Below are positions 1 through 12,444 of a stretch of 64,000 nucleotides of DNA, in pieces. Below the pieces are notes generated by a model, which was not told where the DNA came from, did no database searches, and was given only the letters and a program-made list of their open reading frames with translations. The translations under genes were made by a program, and so were the position numbers. Numbering within the stretch: the stretch's first letter is position 1; the number at the start of each line of letters is the position of its first letter. Origin of the DNA: Mayamaea pseudoterrestris (lineage: Eukaryota); contig BROI01000013.1 of NCBI GenBank assembly GCA_027923505.1, forward strand, positions 124,001-188,000, read 5' to 3'.

Positions 1-3000
1 AGATTGCAGCGTTTCCAGCTTCGCAATGGCTTCGTGCAAGCAATTGCCTATATCAACTGTTCCGACAATTTTTCCATTCAAATCGGTAACTGGAAGATGG
101 CGAAACTGATTCTCCAGCATGGTATTGAGGGCATCCATGGCAAAATCTCCAATGGACATGCAAGTAGGATCAGGAGTCATAATGCGAGCGATAGGGGTCA
201 AGTCTGGGTCAATGCCCGGATTGGCGACAACACGCCTTGTAAAATCAGTATCTGTTACAATGCCCATCACTTCCTCTTGATCACCAAGGATAATGCATGA
301 ACTGGCTCTCTTAGACGACAACAATTTTGCCACTGTTGTAATCGTCGCGAAAGAGTTCGTGGTTAACGGTTTCGCGGGTCGAAGTTTTCCCACCGTCTTG
401 CCAGTTTGTGCGGACTTCGTCACAGACTCAGGTTCGATTAGCTTTCCAACTGGCACCGAGGTGCTCGACTTAATTACACTCACTACAGATGGAGCAATCG
501 AAACTATAGGAAGTGGTCCAGCAATCGTACGACGCGACATTTCCGAGCCCTTAAGCTCATTTGTAAATTTATGCTCCAACGGTTCTTCTCGACCAAGTCT
601 TGCTTCTAGCGCATTCATCTTTCCATGAATCTCCTCTGCCAAAGTAAAATGCTTATTTGATATCGCATGGTCCATCTCTATCTTTAGACCTCGCAAACGT
701 TCTTGGCAATCAACAGCGGTTGGATAGGCTGATCGTAGTCCTGTGAGGTTGTCAACCTCCGATCGTAGCATTTCCGCCTTCTTGTAATTGCTGGATGCGA
801 CAGCTCTATTTACCAGGTCTGTGCCACACGCAATAGCTTGTTCAAGATCAAAGCGTGAGTGTATTTCCTTTTTAACACCGTCAAGCGTGAGTGACTCATT
901 ACTTGCATTCCCTAGAGCTACACGCTGAGTCACTTCTGTCAAATGAGCTTCATCAATGTCATCTCCGTCGAGACAATCCTGAAACCTGAGCTTAGCCGTT
1001 TCAAGTCGAGTCTGGCCAGCAGCTGCCGCCTCGAAGTCACGATTTCTGGCCGCAGACGCAATTTCAGATTCGATCACGCGTATATTGTCGCGCAATTCCG
1101 CCAGGGTCGGCATTTCCACCCGTTTCGCTGCAAGATTCTCAAGTTGATCTTGCAGTTCACTGCAAACCTTAAAATCTTTTTGTCTCATTGCTTCATTGAG
1201 AAGCGTTTGCAATTCAGCAATTCGTTTCTCAATGACTGCGCGAGTGAGCGGCCGCTTACTTTCCACTGCAAGCCGGGTGCATGCACTGGTGGAGAAAGAA
1301 GAGATTAAGTGTATATATCACATAAGGCGCTTTAAAACACTGGCCATGCGCTTACATTTTCGATTCCAACTCAGCTGCTGCCTTATAATCGCTGGCCGCC
1401 ACAGCCTTTTCGAGTTGCTCTTGCTGTAACGCGACTAAAACCTTACATTCCTTAAACGAAAGATCGTAGAAAGGGTCTTTCATCTTATTCACGCGGTGTG
1501 ATGCTAGCATGGATCGAAAACGAGCTTGAATCGCTACAATTCCTTGTCTCGTCTTGACATACTGCTTTTGTCTACGCCGACGTCGCTCAGCGGAAGCCAC
1601 CCGCGTAGCTGCCTCGTGCTGTCGCTTGCGACGAACCATGTGGAGGCGAAACTTGACCCACGTGATCAAAAAGGCTGTAACTTGGTCGCGCACCAAGCGA
1701 CGCCCAAATTTTGTGAGTGTGCGAGCTGCGACGCGGACTCGAAGTTTAGCAAGCCGTTCTAACTTCTCTGCCAGCTCACGCCTTAAAAATATCTTCGTGT
1801 GACCTATCTGCCAATCAGCGCCTGTCACATGTAACTGTTCGGACAGTGTCTTGACCAGTTGAACAATGCCAAAATCGCCATCGCCAAGAACTTTGTCCGT
1901 CAGCAGGACACTGAAGCGATGGAAAAAGCTTTCAAGATCCTCGCGAAAAGCGTATCCCTCGCGACGGATGCGAATCGCTTCCATCATACCCGAATAGCGC
2001 AATTGCTTTAAAACCTCGCCCGAGACAAATGAACCTGCTGTCTTGGTGCGATTTGGCTTTATACATCGGATGTAGTGAGGCTGTGTTTCGTCTAAATCGT
2101 CCACCAGTGTTTGCAAGGATGTTCGAAACTGGGAACCGACACTGACTCCACGAATGGATGAGCGAAGATTATTCGAGTTGTTTGAACTATAAACTGCAGA
2201 AGCGTACACGTTTGTCACAAGTTCTACCGTTGCATCGACGCCAAGGTCGCGAAGTTCATTGCTCAATGTGTCCATGTTCTTGTCGTTAAATCCTTCGGCT
2301 ATGTATCGAACCTGAACGAATATAAGCGCAATATGTGTCAGTCGAACTTTACAATAGACAAGCATGTCCACCAAATCTCGACTCTTACCTCTCCTGCATA
2401 ATGCTGAATTATAAACTCTTTGTCCGTTCCAATCTTTGGGGTCGAAAAATTCTTATGTGCACCGATCGGATTTGTTTCACTGGCTTTCCCATTCCAGGTG
2501 AGATTTGACGATGACGCTCCCAGTCCAAACCGCTTGTGTAGCTGGGCGACAAATTTGGCATCCTTTTCCACCGCAGAACCCATTCCACTGCCCCACGCAT
2601 CGTCTAGAGTCCCCAAGATCCCAACTACTCCAGCACCGCCCTCAATGAGTTCAACGCAAGGCCGATTGTCGTTGAACGTTATATACGACCAGTCAACTCC
2701 TTCGTCTGCGTACATTTGCTGTTCAACCTCAAACAAGTGCCGGTTAAAGTGGCGTTGTAGTTTCTCGTTGCAGTAGTTAATCAACAGCTGTTCAAAACCA
2801 TTAGTCTCGAAACACTCGAATCCATATATGTCCAGTACACCAATGTAACCTTGACCGTCACTTTCAATCTTCGCGCTGGCATTTCCGTGGGAGGCAGCAT
2901 CTAGCGTTTGGTTTATTCGCTGAATCAGCCAAAGAAAAAGAGACGAATACGTCAGTTTGGCCAGGGCGTCGCGCTTGTCGGCCGCCATCAGGGCGTTTTG

Positions 3001-4636
3001 TTCCTTTTTTATTAATGTACCATCAACGACAAGATTTTTGGTAAGAATGGCCTCCGCCATTTTGGGTTCGCTGATTCCAAGAAGCTCGCATGCCTTTTGC
3101 AGACTGGCTCGAGAGTCATCCGAAATGTCGGCTGTGTCGGCATTATCGTTGTTGTCATTGAATCGCACATTGCCCAAATGAAGTACAGCAGCGACCATAC
3201 CGAAAACGTGCCTTTGTTCGTCCTCTGATAGGCCAATGCTGGTGAGGCAGTGAATTGTTTCCTGAAAAGCTACCGCATCGTGCTTCGTCTTGGTAAACCC
3301 TCCACCCAAGTACGAGAGACTGTTTGCCTCTTCAGCATCCAAGCCAAGCTCATGCAGCAGTTCGGGATTCGCGCCCGACAGTAGCTGGTAAAAAACGTGA
3401 TAGTTGCGTTCGCCAGTCGCTTGCTGCGTGATTCGTGTTCGCTCAAGCAAATAGCTTTATACAGTCAGTAATGGCAGAACGCAGCGTTAGTAGCTACACA
3501 CTCGATTAACAATGGTACGACATATGAACTTACTTTGAAATGGACGCTCCCGTTATGGCTCCGGTATTTGTACTCACAAAAATGTGAATAAATTTGCCAA
3601 AGCGACTTGAGTTGTCGTTGCGCAGTGTCTGTGCATTGCCAAAAGCCTCCAATAAAGGATTTGAAGATAAAACTTGATCTTCCAGGTGATCAATCGAGGT
3701 CGACTGCGGTAACGAGGCCTGCTTTCGTCGCGTAATTCGCGCGAGAAACTTCATAATAATTTTCGTTGCTTCCGTCTTGCCCGCACCCGATTCGCCACTT
3801 ATGATAATGCTTTGGTTGCGGACCGTTCCAGGTGCATGAAGGTGGTGCTCCTGCACCAACACTGGGTCCTCTCCTGTATACTGTAAAGTTTGCGAAGCAT
3901 GAACCGACTCAATCAAAGCACTGTAGGCACGATTCGCCGTCAGAAATAAATGCGGCGGCTTGTTTGGAAGAAAGCTCCCGTGATGATGCGATGACTGATA
4001 TAGAAGCATTTGTTCTTCGGCGTAAATGTCATCGCCCTCGACCGTAAATGTCGCGCGATATGGATTAACTGAAATAAGAATTGGACCAGCCGAGGTGTAA
4101 ATCTCGTCGCGTTGAAACCTGGTTCTAATTGTATGAAGCAAGCTTGCCTCTGAAATCTGTGGAAGATGCAAAACGTCGTCACAACCAACATAGTCGTCAG
4201 GTGAAACGAGCGCAATCAACTTTGAGCTGTCTGTGATCTTGTGGAGGGTTCCATCCGTAGTCTTGACAAGCGCTGGAGCTGTATATGTGTTTCCTGCATG
4301 ATCCTTTTCTCCTTCCAATGGCTTGATGATAGTACACGGCATGAATAGATGTTTCGATGCGAAAAAGAGGGGATCTTCGTGGTCGACTGGAATCTTGTCC
4401 GTCCTTTTCCCTTTGATCAAGAGACATGGATCGAAAAAGTACTCGACTGTGGCCTTTCCAGTCACCTGAGACAAAAATAGAGAACGGTTATGAATATATA
4501 CTGTCATGCAACGACTACCTTAGACTCCGATGGGTTTCCGACGTACTACGTCAACCGCCTGCGTCCGAGTTTTAGCGTTGCCATTGGCCTTGTGTTTCGA
4601 GGACTTGCGCTTTTGCGACTGGTGATTTTTACCCAT
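1..4636 (-). CDS. Unconventional myosin (motor, IQ-like neck, five UVR-like helical hairpins, CBS pair); 3' end runs off the window
   Basis: P-loop GESGAGKT, switch I NDNSSRFGK, switch II DIYGFE, PHYIRCIKPN. GT-AG introns at 3455-3533, 2312-2388 and 1286-1355 join the ORFs in frame. A first intron at ~4466-4546 and start at 4636 are tentative. The tail is open to base 1 with CBS motifs GIVTDTDFTRRVVA..IMTPDP..FRHLPV. Confidence 0.93.
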
Positions 4637-5012
4637 GATAATCACGCAGGTACGATTCTTAGTCTAAAGGACTGAACAAGTATGATGCCGCTGCCGAGAC
4701 GACTAAATGTGCCATGGTGCGGCGAGATGAGTGAGGTGGGTGATGGATGGTTGTTTTTCGCAGTCAGAAATGGCCTAGGAACGAGATTACCGGAACGACA
4801 CCAAGACAATGACCTCGAAATAGCATTGATATAATATTATTTATGCCTGTTGTTTGAAATGAGTCATTAACCATTGCCTCAATTTTCTTCAAGGTCATGC
4901 AATGACACGAAACGCTTGCGTCAACGACCCGACTCCCATTCACATTCAAATAAACTGCAGCTCGTCCGTCTTCCTCTGCTATACTTGTACTAGGAACAAA
5001 ATCAAATAAATC

Positions 5013-5947
5013 ATGTCAATTGCTTTCAAAAGCTGGAGAATTCTCTTGTTACTTGCATGTTGGCGGCAGTGGAAAGGATTCGAAAGATTCTTTCACGCAT
5101 CAGCCTTTTCTCCTTCAATTCCATTGCTTCATCGACCACACGTTTCAACGTTGCAGAAGATGGTAATGCCGAAGCCAGGCTCCGATGAATGGAACCGAGA
5201 CTTGCAGGAAGTCAGTCAAAGGAGACCAGGAGAGAGTGGGGGTGGAGAAACGTTTGCAGGAGCTGTCCTTGGTGGACTGATCGGCGGTCCATTTGGTGAG
5301 TCGTGCAGTCATGCAGTATGCAATCACGCACCTCATGTCGACATGACCCGTGCATTTCGCTACCGTAGACCCTTCTCATGCTATACTCGTTTGTTTTCAT
5401 CATTTCAGGAGCAATCTTTGGAGCGACCATTGGGTCGAATATTGGAGCAAGAAAGGCGCGGAATCAAGCACGAGAAAGTGACATGGCAAAACTTGGGATC
5501 GATTCCGACATGCTACTGGCTGCCCAAGAGGTGGCGGAGGCACTGGAACGTGCAAATGAAGGCTTGAAAACAGTTCAAGACAGTTTATTTTCGTTGCAGC
5601 GACTTGCCGAGCGCCTTGAAACTGATGCCAATGCGCTCATGGGTAAGGCGAAAGTCGCCATGGCCATTGACGAAGACGAGGAAAAGGCGAGGAAGATTCT
5701 GCTGGAACGACAATTCACGCTGGAGAAGCTCAAAACGACTTTGAAGGATTGCGTTGTCATGAAGAGTCGATTGGAAGTCATGGAACGGAACGTTGGCGTG
5801 CTGGAACGCAAAGCAATGGATATTGAAACGTTGCTACAACGAACCGTTGGCGCCAAGGCAATGCAAAAGGTCCTCACGTTGGAGCAGCTATCCCTCCCAG
5901 ACGAAGACCCATTGCTGAGGCAGTTTCGTGACATGGGTATCGAATAG
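5013..5947 (+). CDS. Plastid-targeted coiled-coil protein with glycine zipper, distantly PspA/IM30(Vipp1)-like
   Basis: Signal peptide plus ASAF motif. Intron 5296-5408 joins GAVLGGLIGGPFG to AIFGATIGSNIG. Downstream AKVAMAIDEDEEKARKIL resembles the PspA helical hairpin. Family call is tentative. Confidence 0.65.
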
Positions 5948-6283
5948 ATTGTCAATATGCACGCAGAATACATGTACATGCTTGAGCACACACTGCTCAT
6001 CGCATCAGCACCAGCACACCATCGAACTAATGCATCGGAATGATGCGGTGCGTACTGCAGCACCTAGAAATGGTGATTGAACAATAGTAGTAGTAAGTTA
6101 CAGTAAAGACTCCTTGTCGCCTCATTACTAGATGCATACAGTAAAGTTTCGTCGCACGGTACGGTAGGGCAAGGGACGTTAATTTATCTCCCTTGCGGTA
6201 GGGGTTGTTGGTGGGTTTCGAATGGCGCGCCATTGCGTCAGTCACGCATTCGAGTCACGCTTGTCACGCTTGCCGATTGACTG

Positions 6284-6320
6284 ATTCATTCATTCATTCT
6301 TTCATTCATTCTTCATTCTT
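6284..6320. repeat. Imperfect (ATTC)n microsatellite upstream of MsrB
   Basis: attcattcattcattctttcattcattcttcattc. Confidence 0.7.
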
Positions 6321-6406
6321 CCATTGGCGCATCCTCCTGGCCATAATATCATTCCTTTCTCCTTTTTACGTTCCATGTACAGTACATACAAAGATTAGCC
6401 ATACGA

Positions 6407-7024
6407 ATGCGAGCAATCACATTTTTGTTGCTGTTTCGTGAAGCGGCCGCTTTTCTTCCAATCAACAGTTTCTTCCTTTCATCGACACGTACGCAACGAT
6501 CGACCGAAGCAACTGAGAAATACTCATTGTACATGAAATCAAAGGAAACCAATATTTGTCATATGGAAGATTCAACGAAGATCCCGACGCAAACTTGGAA
6601 CCCATTGCGGCTCGCAGTGCTTCGACTGGGATTGACGGAACCCATGGGAACAAGTCCATTCAACTACGGAACATACGATGGATCTTTCAACTGCGCCTAC
6701 TGCGGAAACACTCTCTTTGACTCAAAAGCCAAGTACGACTCAGGATCGGGATGGCCGTCGTTTTGGAGGTCGGTGGACGAAGGAGCGATTCACTACGAAC
6801 GAGCCTTGGATCGCCTTGAATGCCAATGTGGAAACTGCAACAGTCATCTCGGACATGTCTTTTTGGATGGGCCGAAACCAACGACGGTGGAAACATCCGT
6901 ACTGCTGCAAAGTCCAGCGACAGATCCTCGGGGACAGTCCTCTAGCGCACCGCTACCTAGGTTTTGCGTCAATGGAGCGGCGCTCAAGTTTGAACGCCGG
7001 CGAGACGAACACGAGGAACGTTAA
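6407..7024 (+). CDS. msrB: Peptide methionine-R-sulfoxide reductase MsrB, probably plastid-targeted
   Basis: CAYC and CGNC zinc pairs, KYDSGSGWPSF, HLGHVFLDGP, RFCVN; N-terminal signal plus AAAF. Confidence 0.93.
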   Translation: MRAITFLLLFREAAAFLPINSFFLSSTRTQRSTEATEKYSLYMKSKETNICHMEDSTKIPTQTWNPLRLAVLRLGLTEPMGTSPFNYGTYDGSFNCAYCGNTLFDSKAKYDSGSGWPSFWRSVDEGAIHYERALDRLECQCGNCNSHLGHVFLDGPKPTTVETSVLLQSPATDPRGQSSSAPLPRFCVNGAALKFERRRDEHEER

Positions 7025-8353
7025 TTATAGAGAGACCAGAGGTTGAAGGTGACTGAAAATAGATTTATTTGAACGTCAAACCTTTCGCGACTATCCACTC
7101 AACAGACTGGCGCTGCTGCAAAAATTCAGTAACTCCAAAATGTCAAACTCACCATAGCATTCCTCGTGAATAAACTACTGTATTTGTAGCATCAACATGC
7201 ACCTTGACCTCGTGCTCCACTCCACACAATGATATACGGTACCATACAGGAGTACCTCGTGTGCTCCAGGGCATCTGCTTGCACACCCGAATGCCACTGG
7301 CATCGTCTGAGCGCGAGTTGCATGCATGACGCAATGCACTGGCCATTTTTAACAGGTCGGCCTTGCGCTCCAACGCAACACCCGCAGCGGCAAGCCGGAA
7401 GACTGGTCGGTCACCACGAACATGAAAATGCCATGCCGATTGCCTTAAACATCCTGCTACAGCTTGCCAGTCACTTGCCGTGATGCTTCCGAGTACTCAG
7501 CTTCTCGACCGTCAATCGGGTTCGGCCTGATCGATCGTATCGCGTGACGTGTGGATAGTTGATCTGCGAGTCGGTAGTGACGCTGAGAGCCACATCAAGA
7601 ACAAACGCCCAGCCATTATTGGCTTGGGACTCATTTTCGCTGTCAATTTGGTGATCTCCAATCTCCAACCATCTCGTCGGACGACTCCAGACGACGATGC
7701 GATTCAGCTGATTCATCATCGTCTCCTCGTCATCGAGCTCGTCTCCCAATTTTTCAAATGGCGATCGTTGTCGGCATGCGGCAATATGACGATGGCCTCA
7801 AAGTTGCCAAGTCTATTTTGTTTCAGCGATCCTGTAGCCTCGCAACTGGCGTTTGCCTCGTACTCATACTTGTCCGTAGCAATGTAGCAAACCGCACTAT
7901 GCACAGTGTGCAATCTGTGCAAAGCACTGTAATGTATATTGCCCTCTCATGAGGCTCCGGGTTCAAAGCCAGGCTGTGAAGAAAAGGCTGCCGAAGCGGT
8001 TGCGCTGCTGTGTGGATGTCATGGTTGGTCCCTTGTGTGACATTTTGTAAACAAAACTAATGAATTGCTCACCAACATGAAAAAAATGAGTCGTGCGTAT
8101 TCTTATTAACAATGAAAAGTGTCATTAATACTTATGCCCTCCAGATGTTTTCCACGAGTGATGACGCAGTCATATATGCCTAAGTGTGTAGAAACTTTAG
8201 TGAAAAGATCGTCATTATCACATAAGCCTTTCGTCTTTGTCCGAACGGTTTACAATGTCGTCCACCACGAATCGGGACGCCCATCGCACCATGGCCGTGG
8301 CATGCACTCGCCACAGAAGCGTTTACGAGTAAGCAAGGAGCTGATCATCGATT

Positions 8354-9124
8354 ATGATAACGTGCACGTTTGGCCTTGTATTGAAGCTTATTGCTTCCAT
8401 CATTGGACTTTTCATTGTCTCCGTTCGAGTCGGCTGCGCAACTTTTCTGCAACCATCATCCGTACTTGACATTGGCATGCAACACGGTGGCAGCGACAAT
8501 GTATCCGTCATACGTACATATCCCAAAAAGGTCAAGGTCGAATTTTACATGGAATCACTGTGCATTGACTGCCAGAGATTCATGCTCGAGCAGCTGCATC
8601 CAGCTTACGCGCTTCTTGGCGATTCCGTCATGGATTTGACAATTGTTCCTTACGGCAATGCCAAGATTGACACTGCCAAGAAACAAGTCACTTGTCAGCA
8701 TGGAGCCGCCGAGTGCGACGCCAATAGCTTTGAGCAATGCGCCATCCAGCTTTATCCGTATGCATCCCGATACCTGCCATTCATCTATTGCCTCGACCAA
8801 TCACTTTCCATGGGCTATGATGATAAATTGATTCCAAGATCACTATTTGCCGAATGCGCTCGAGAATCTGCCATGGATTTTAGCGTCATTGCAGCTTGCC
8901 ATGACGATGTCAAGCAGGCGTGGAGATTGCAGCGCAAGGCAGCGAAAGCGACACCAAAGGAGCACAAGTACGTGCCATGGGTCGTCATTGACGGCCAGCA
9001 TGCTATGGACGAGGACAAGGACTCTTTCTTGAATATCGTTTGTCAAGCCTACCAGGCGAATGGGGGACACCATGCTGCGTGCCAGGACGAGACTGCTCAT
9101 GGTGCTGTATCCACAGTCAAATGA
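8354..9124 (+). CDS. GILT (gamma-interferon-inducible lysosomal thiol reductase) family protein
   Basis: YMESLCIDC active site, VPYGNA, CQHGAAECDAN signature, YVPWVVIDG; N-terminal hydrophobic signal. Confidence 0.92.
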   Translation: MITCTFGLVLKLIASIIGLFIVSVRVGCATFLQPSSVLDIGMQHGGSDNVSVIRTYPKKVKVEFYMESLCIDCQRFMLEQLHPAYALLGDSVMDLTIVPYGNAKIDTAKKQVTCQHGAAECDANSFEQCAIQLYPYASRYLPFIYCLDQSLSMGYDDKLIPRSLFAECARESAMDFSVIAACHDDVKQAWRLQRKAAKATPKEHKYVPWVVIDGQHAMDEDKDSFLNIVCQAYQANGGHHAACQDETAHGAVSTVK

Positions 9125-9463
9125 GGTGCAATCAATAAAGTGGCAACTGGGCAACAATTACAACGATGATTTCACGTCCTTGTTGTTGTATGCAACATAG
9201 AACTATATATGATGTTAACGATCAGCAGTTTCTTTACATGGCAAGGTAGGGCCTCATCGCTGCTATCAATAAACATGTAATACATAGCTAAATGAGCGAT
9301 TCAATCGTTCGAAAGGCCTCTCATCGTCGCCAGGTGCGTCACGCGTCACAAAGTTTCGAATCCAATCCAATCCGCGTCGCGCTGGTCTTCCAATCGCGTC
9401 CTTCGATCTTCCAAGCGGAGAGGCTCTTTCTTCATCCAACGCACAAAACAAGGTGTATTTACC

Positions 9464-10462
9464 ATGAGCCTCCGTAATCAATCTCCCTTCTCTGCCTTTG
9501 TCAGCAATCCAAGCCTCACGGCGGCAGCTGGCGCTGCAGTCTTGTATGGATTGCCAATCGCGCACGTCAACTTAAGCTCCACCTTGTTGCCCATGGGAGC
9601 AGCAAGCAATGCAGCTCTCCCGTTATTTGCCACCAACATTATCAGTTTTGTCATTAATTGCACAACAGTTTCCATTCCCGGACGATTGGATGGTGCGGAT
9701 GAGGCGAGTATGCGACATGGAAACGCGAACCCGAGCTATGCGGATGCGTTGAAAAACGACATCAAGGATGCCGTGACAGGCCTTCATTCTCCATATGTCA
9801 AGGCTCGCGATCGCTCATTGATCACACCATCACCTTGGGCCTTTAGCATCTGGGGTCCCATATACCTTGGCGAAACAATCTTTTGCGTCGCCCAGTGCAT
9901 TCCCTCGCTTGCCGGCGCGACGCCAATCATTTTGCCTCACATTACGGCACCCTTTGCGGCCATGAACTTGTTTCAGTCACTTTGGTGCGCGTCATTTAGA
10001 CCGGAATCGTTCGACGGCAAGAGCTGGACGACCTTCTTGAGTCCAGCTATGCTTGCCGGAGCAACCTACTCCATGTCTCAAGTGAATGCCTTTGCGGCAG
10101 GTCACTTGCTAATGGTGCCGCTCACCATGCATTTTGGTTGGCTGACGGCTGCCACTCTGGTCAACTTGAACTCAGCCGTTGCGGCTGTATGCGACAATGA
10201 TAACCTGGTGGCTCTAGCAGGACATGCATCGGTTATTTTAGCGAGCGCACTTGGCGTCGCAGTCACATTGACGCATGGAACACCAGCGTATGGAGCAACC
10301 CTTGCTTGGGCTTTGGCGGCATGCGGCTCGGGCATGGTAGATCGCATTAACAAGTCAAACGTTTCGTCGACGCCTCTTTCGACCAAGATCCAAAAGTACT
10401 TGTGTTTTGCTGGAGCTGGTGTATGTGCCGCTGCATCATTGTCACTGTTGACGGACAAGTAG
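9464..10462 (+). CDS. Multi-pass membrane protein, TspO/tryptophan-rich sensory protein-like
   Basis: LITPSPWAFSIWGPIY and HFGWLTAATLVN motifs; multiple hydrophobic segments. Confidence 0.7.
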   Translation: MSLRNQSPFSAFVSNPSLTAAAGAAVLYGLPIAHVNLSSTLLPMGAASNAALPLFATNIISFVINCTTVSIPGRLDGADEASMRHGNANPSYADALKNDIKDAVTGLHSPYVKARDRSLITPSPWAFSIWGPIYLGETIFCVAQCIPSLAGATPIILPHITAPFAAMNLFQSLWCASFRPESFDGKSWTTFLSPAMLAGATYSMSQVNAFAAGHLLMVPLTMHFGWLTAATLVNLNSAVAAVCDNDNLVALAGHASVILASALGVAVTLTHGTPAYGATLAWALAACGSGMVDRINKSNVSSTPLSTKIQKYLCFAGAGVCAAASLSLLTDK

Positions 10463-11357
10463 GAGTGAAAGGAGGGTCGGTATTGGAATATCAATTGATA
10501 ATAATGTTGTTAATGAATGAACGTCTTTATGTATTTGTAGTGAAACTTCCTGCAGATTTGATCTTGGCTGGGCAATTCGTCGCGACGGTGAAATGCTGAC
10601 GACGAGAACCTCGTCGCGGGCGTGCTGGTAGCTATGGTTCCAATATCGTCGAGCGTGCTTTGATTTATCGTCCATTCTACAAGAGTAAGCATTCATCCAC
10701 CAACCTCCAAAACCTTTCTGCGCGTGCCAATTGCCGATTGAATCACGCATGATGCATCGCCGAAAGCCGAAAGCATGTGCACCTACATTTGCTTCTACTT
10801 GGCTGTTGCAACGCGATTGACAAGAACGGCTGATCTTTTCAATTCAAAACAGGCGACTGAATTAATCACAGCTTCAATTGTTCCAGCGTTCTAGCAAGCT
10901 GCCGGTAAAGTCTTGATTGCGTCGCCTACAAGTCATCGACTGCGTCGGCCTGCGCCTGCGAGAGTTGCGATTTCAAGTGTCTCTCGTCGCAAAAGTAGGC
11001 TGTTTTATGAACAAACAGAAGCCTAGATCTACGCGAATCGGCGTCGCTTTGATACCGACAATAAGGGCACCGTTAGGTCGTCTCGAGGGAATGCGGCCGA
11101 CAAGTTAGTAGTATGAGTGCGTACGGGAAAGCATGAATGCCTGCGCCATGCACTGTTGAAATTCCAGACCAAGTCGGTAGTCCACGCCATATAGGGTAAA
11201 TAGTTATATCAGTATCAGGGATCGCCTATTGAGCTTCGTATGCTGTCTCTGGATGGGCTGGACAAAGTCGCATGAAGACGCCATACGCATGGCCGATGAT
11301 TGTTTTCGCCAGGTCATTTTGATGGGTAATCGAAGTCATGTCGTCGATGGTCCACTG

Positions 11358-12441
11358 GAGCGTCCGGTAAAACGTCATCTTCGCCGAAAAATGTCGCACC
11401 GTTTCTAATTTTAGTCGTGGATAAGATTTGATTGGCGAAAATGCGCGCGTGCAAATCCTGGCTATGCTTGCGCGCCAACGGATCGCCAAACTCACTTTCA
11501 GACGTTGTCTGAATCAGAAAGATACTTTCAGACGTTGTCTGAATCAGAAAGATACTTTCAGACACTGTCTGAAAGTGGAAGATACTTTCAGATTTTGTCT
11601 GATTATGCCTGCTTCTGAAAGCGAACTCATTGATATTTTTATGGCTTATGATTGGTCGTAAAGGCAGCTGTTTCATGTTAAATGTCTCGATGGTATGACT
11701 GCCGCCAACCAAGTTTTCGACGACGACGACCATGGCACCTTCGACAAGCATGACTAGCCATACAGCTTGTTGCAATACATGTTATAAATGTCATTTGTGT
11801 CAAGAAGCTTGCTTAATCACATGGAACCTGGCAATATAGTAATGATTACTAAGGAAAAGGACGATGTGTTGGCTGCAGGAAGCGGAACTGGCGCCTGGCA
11901 CCCCATGATCACAAATTGTGTCGTAACGAGCTCCACAGGCCCCTTACGACCAAACCAGCTTGACAGATCTAATCGCCATATATTAGTTAGTCTATTTTGA
12001 AGGTGCAATCAATAGAATTGGCCTTCCATTGCTTGAGTTGACAGTGGTAGTGCTTGTAAGCGTATGCACGGCAACGAGCGTCGTCGGCCTCAAGTTCACC
12101 GTCATCGATGGCTGCGCATGAAGAATGACTTTAGTGACTATTGATATTTATAGTTGCTCAAAATAGTACTCTATACGTCATAGTAATTTACTTTCAGATT
12201 CTGTCTGAAAGTAAAAGATACTTTCAGACGATGTCTGATTAAGCCAGATACTTTCAGACATTGTCTGAATCAGAAAGATACTTTCAGACATTGTCTGAAA
12301 GTAGTAAATCGCTGACTCTGAAACAGCTGGACGAGCTGGCGTGCCGCGCCGGCATGGCTTTCAACGGAGCTTCGCAACGTCAACGGAAACTTGAGTGCCA
12401 GTATGACATTTAGCGACGAAAAGTCATTTTACCGGACGCTC
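11358..12441. mobile_element. Non-autonomous TIR element (MITE), PIF/Harbinger-like, copy 1
   Basis: 15-bp perfect TIR GAGCGTCCGGTAAAA / TTTTACCGGACGCTC, imperfectly extending to ~40 bp. Flanked by CTG on both sides. Subterminal 30-bp palindromic repeats. No transposase ORF. Confidence 0.85.
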
Positions 12442-12444
12442 CTG

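Noticed and set aside
7100..7950. Short minus-strand ORFs, possibly a decayed gene
   Set aside because: Could not join them into a coherent spliced or recognisable protein.
10500..11300. Minus-strand fragments with a TACTAAC branch-like motif
   Set aside because: Frames contain several stops and I recognise no family; may be a gene remnant but unsupported.
11490..11620. 30-bp palindromic repeats as a mini-CRISPR
   Set aside because: Units are contiguous without spacers and lie within a TIR element.
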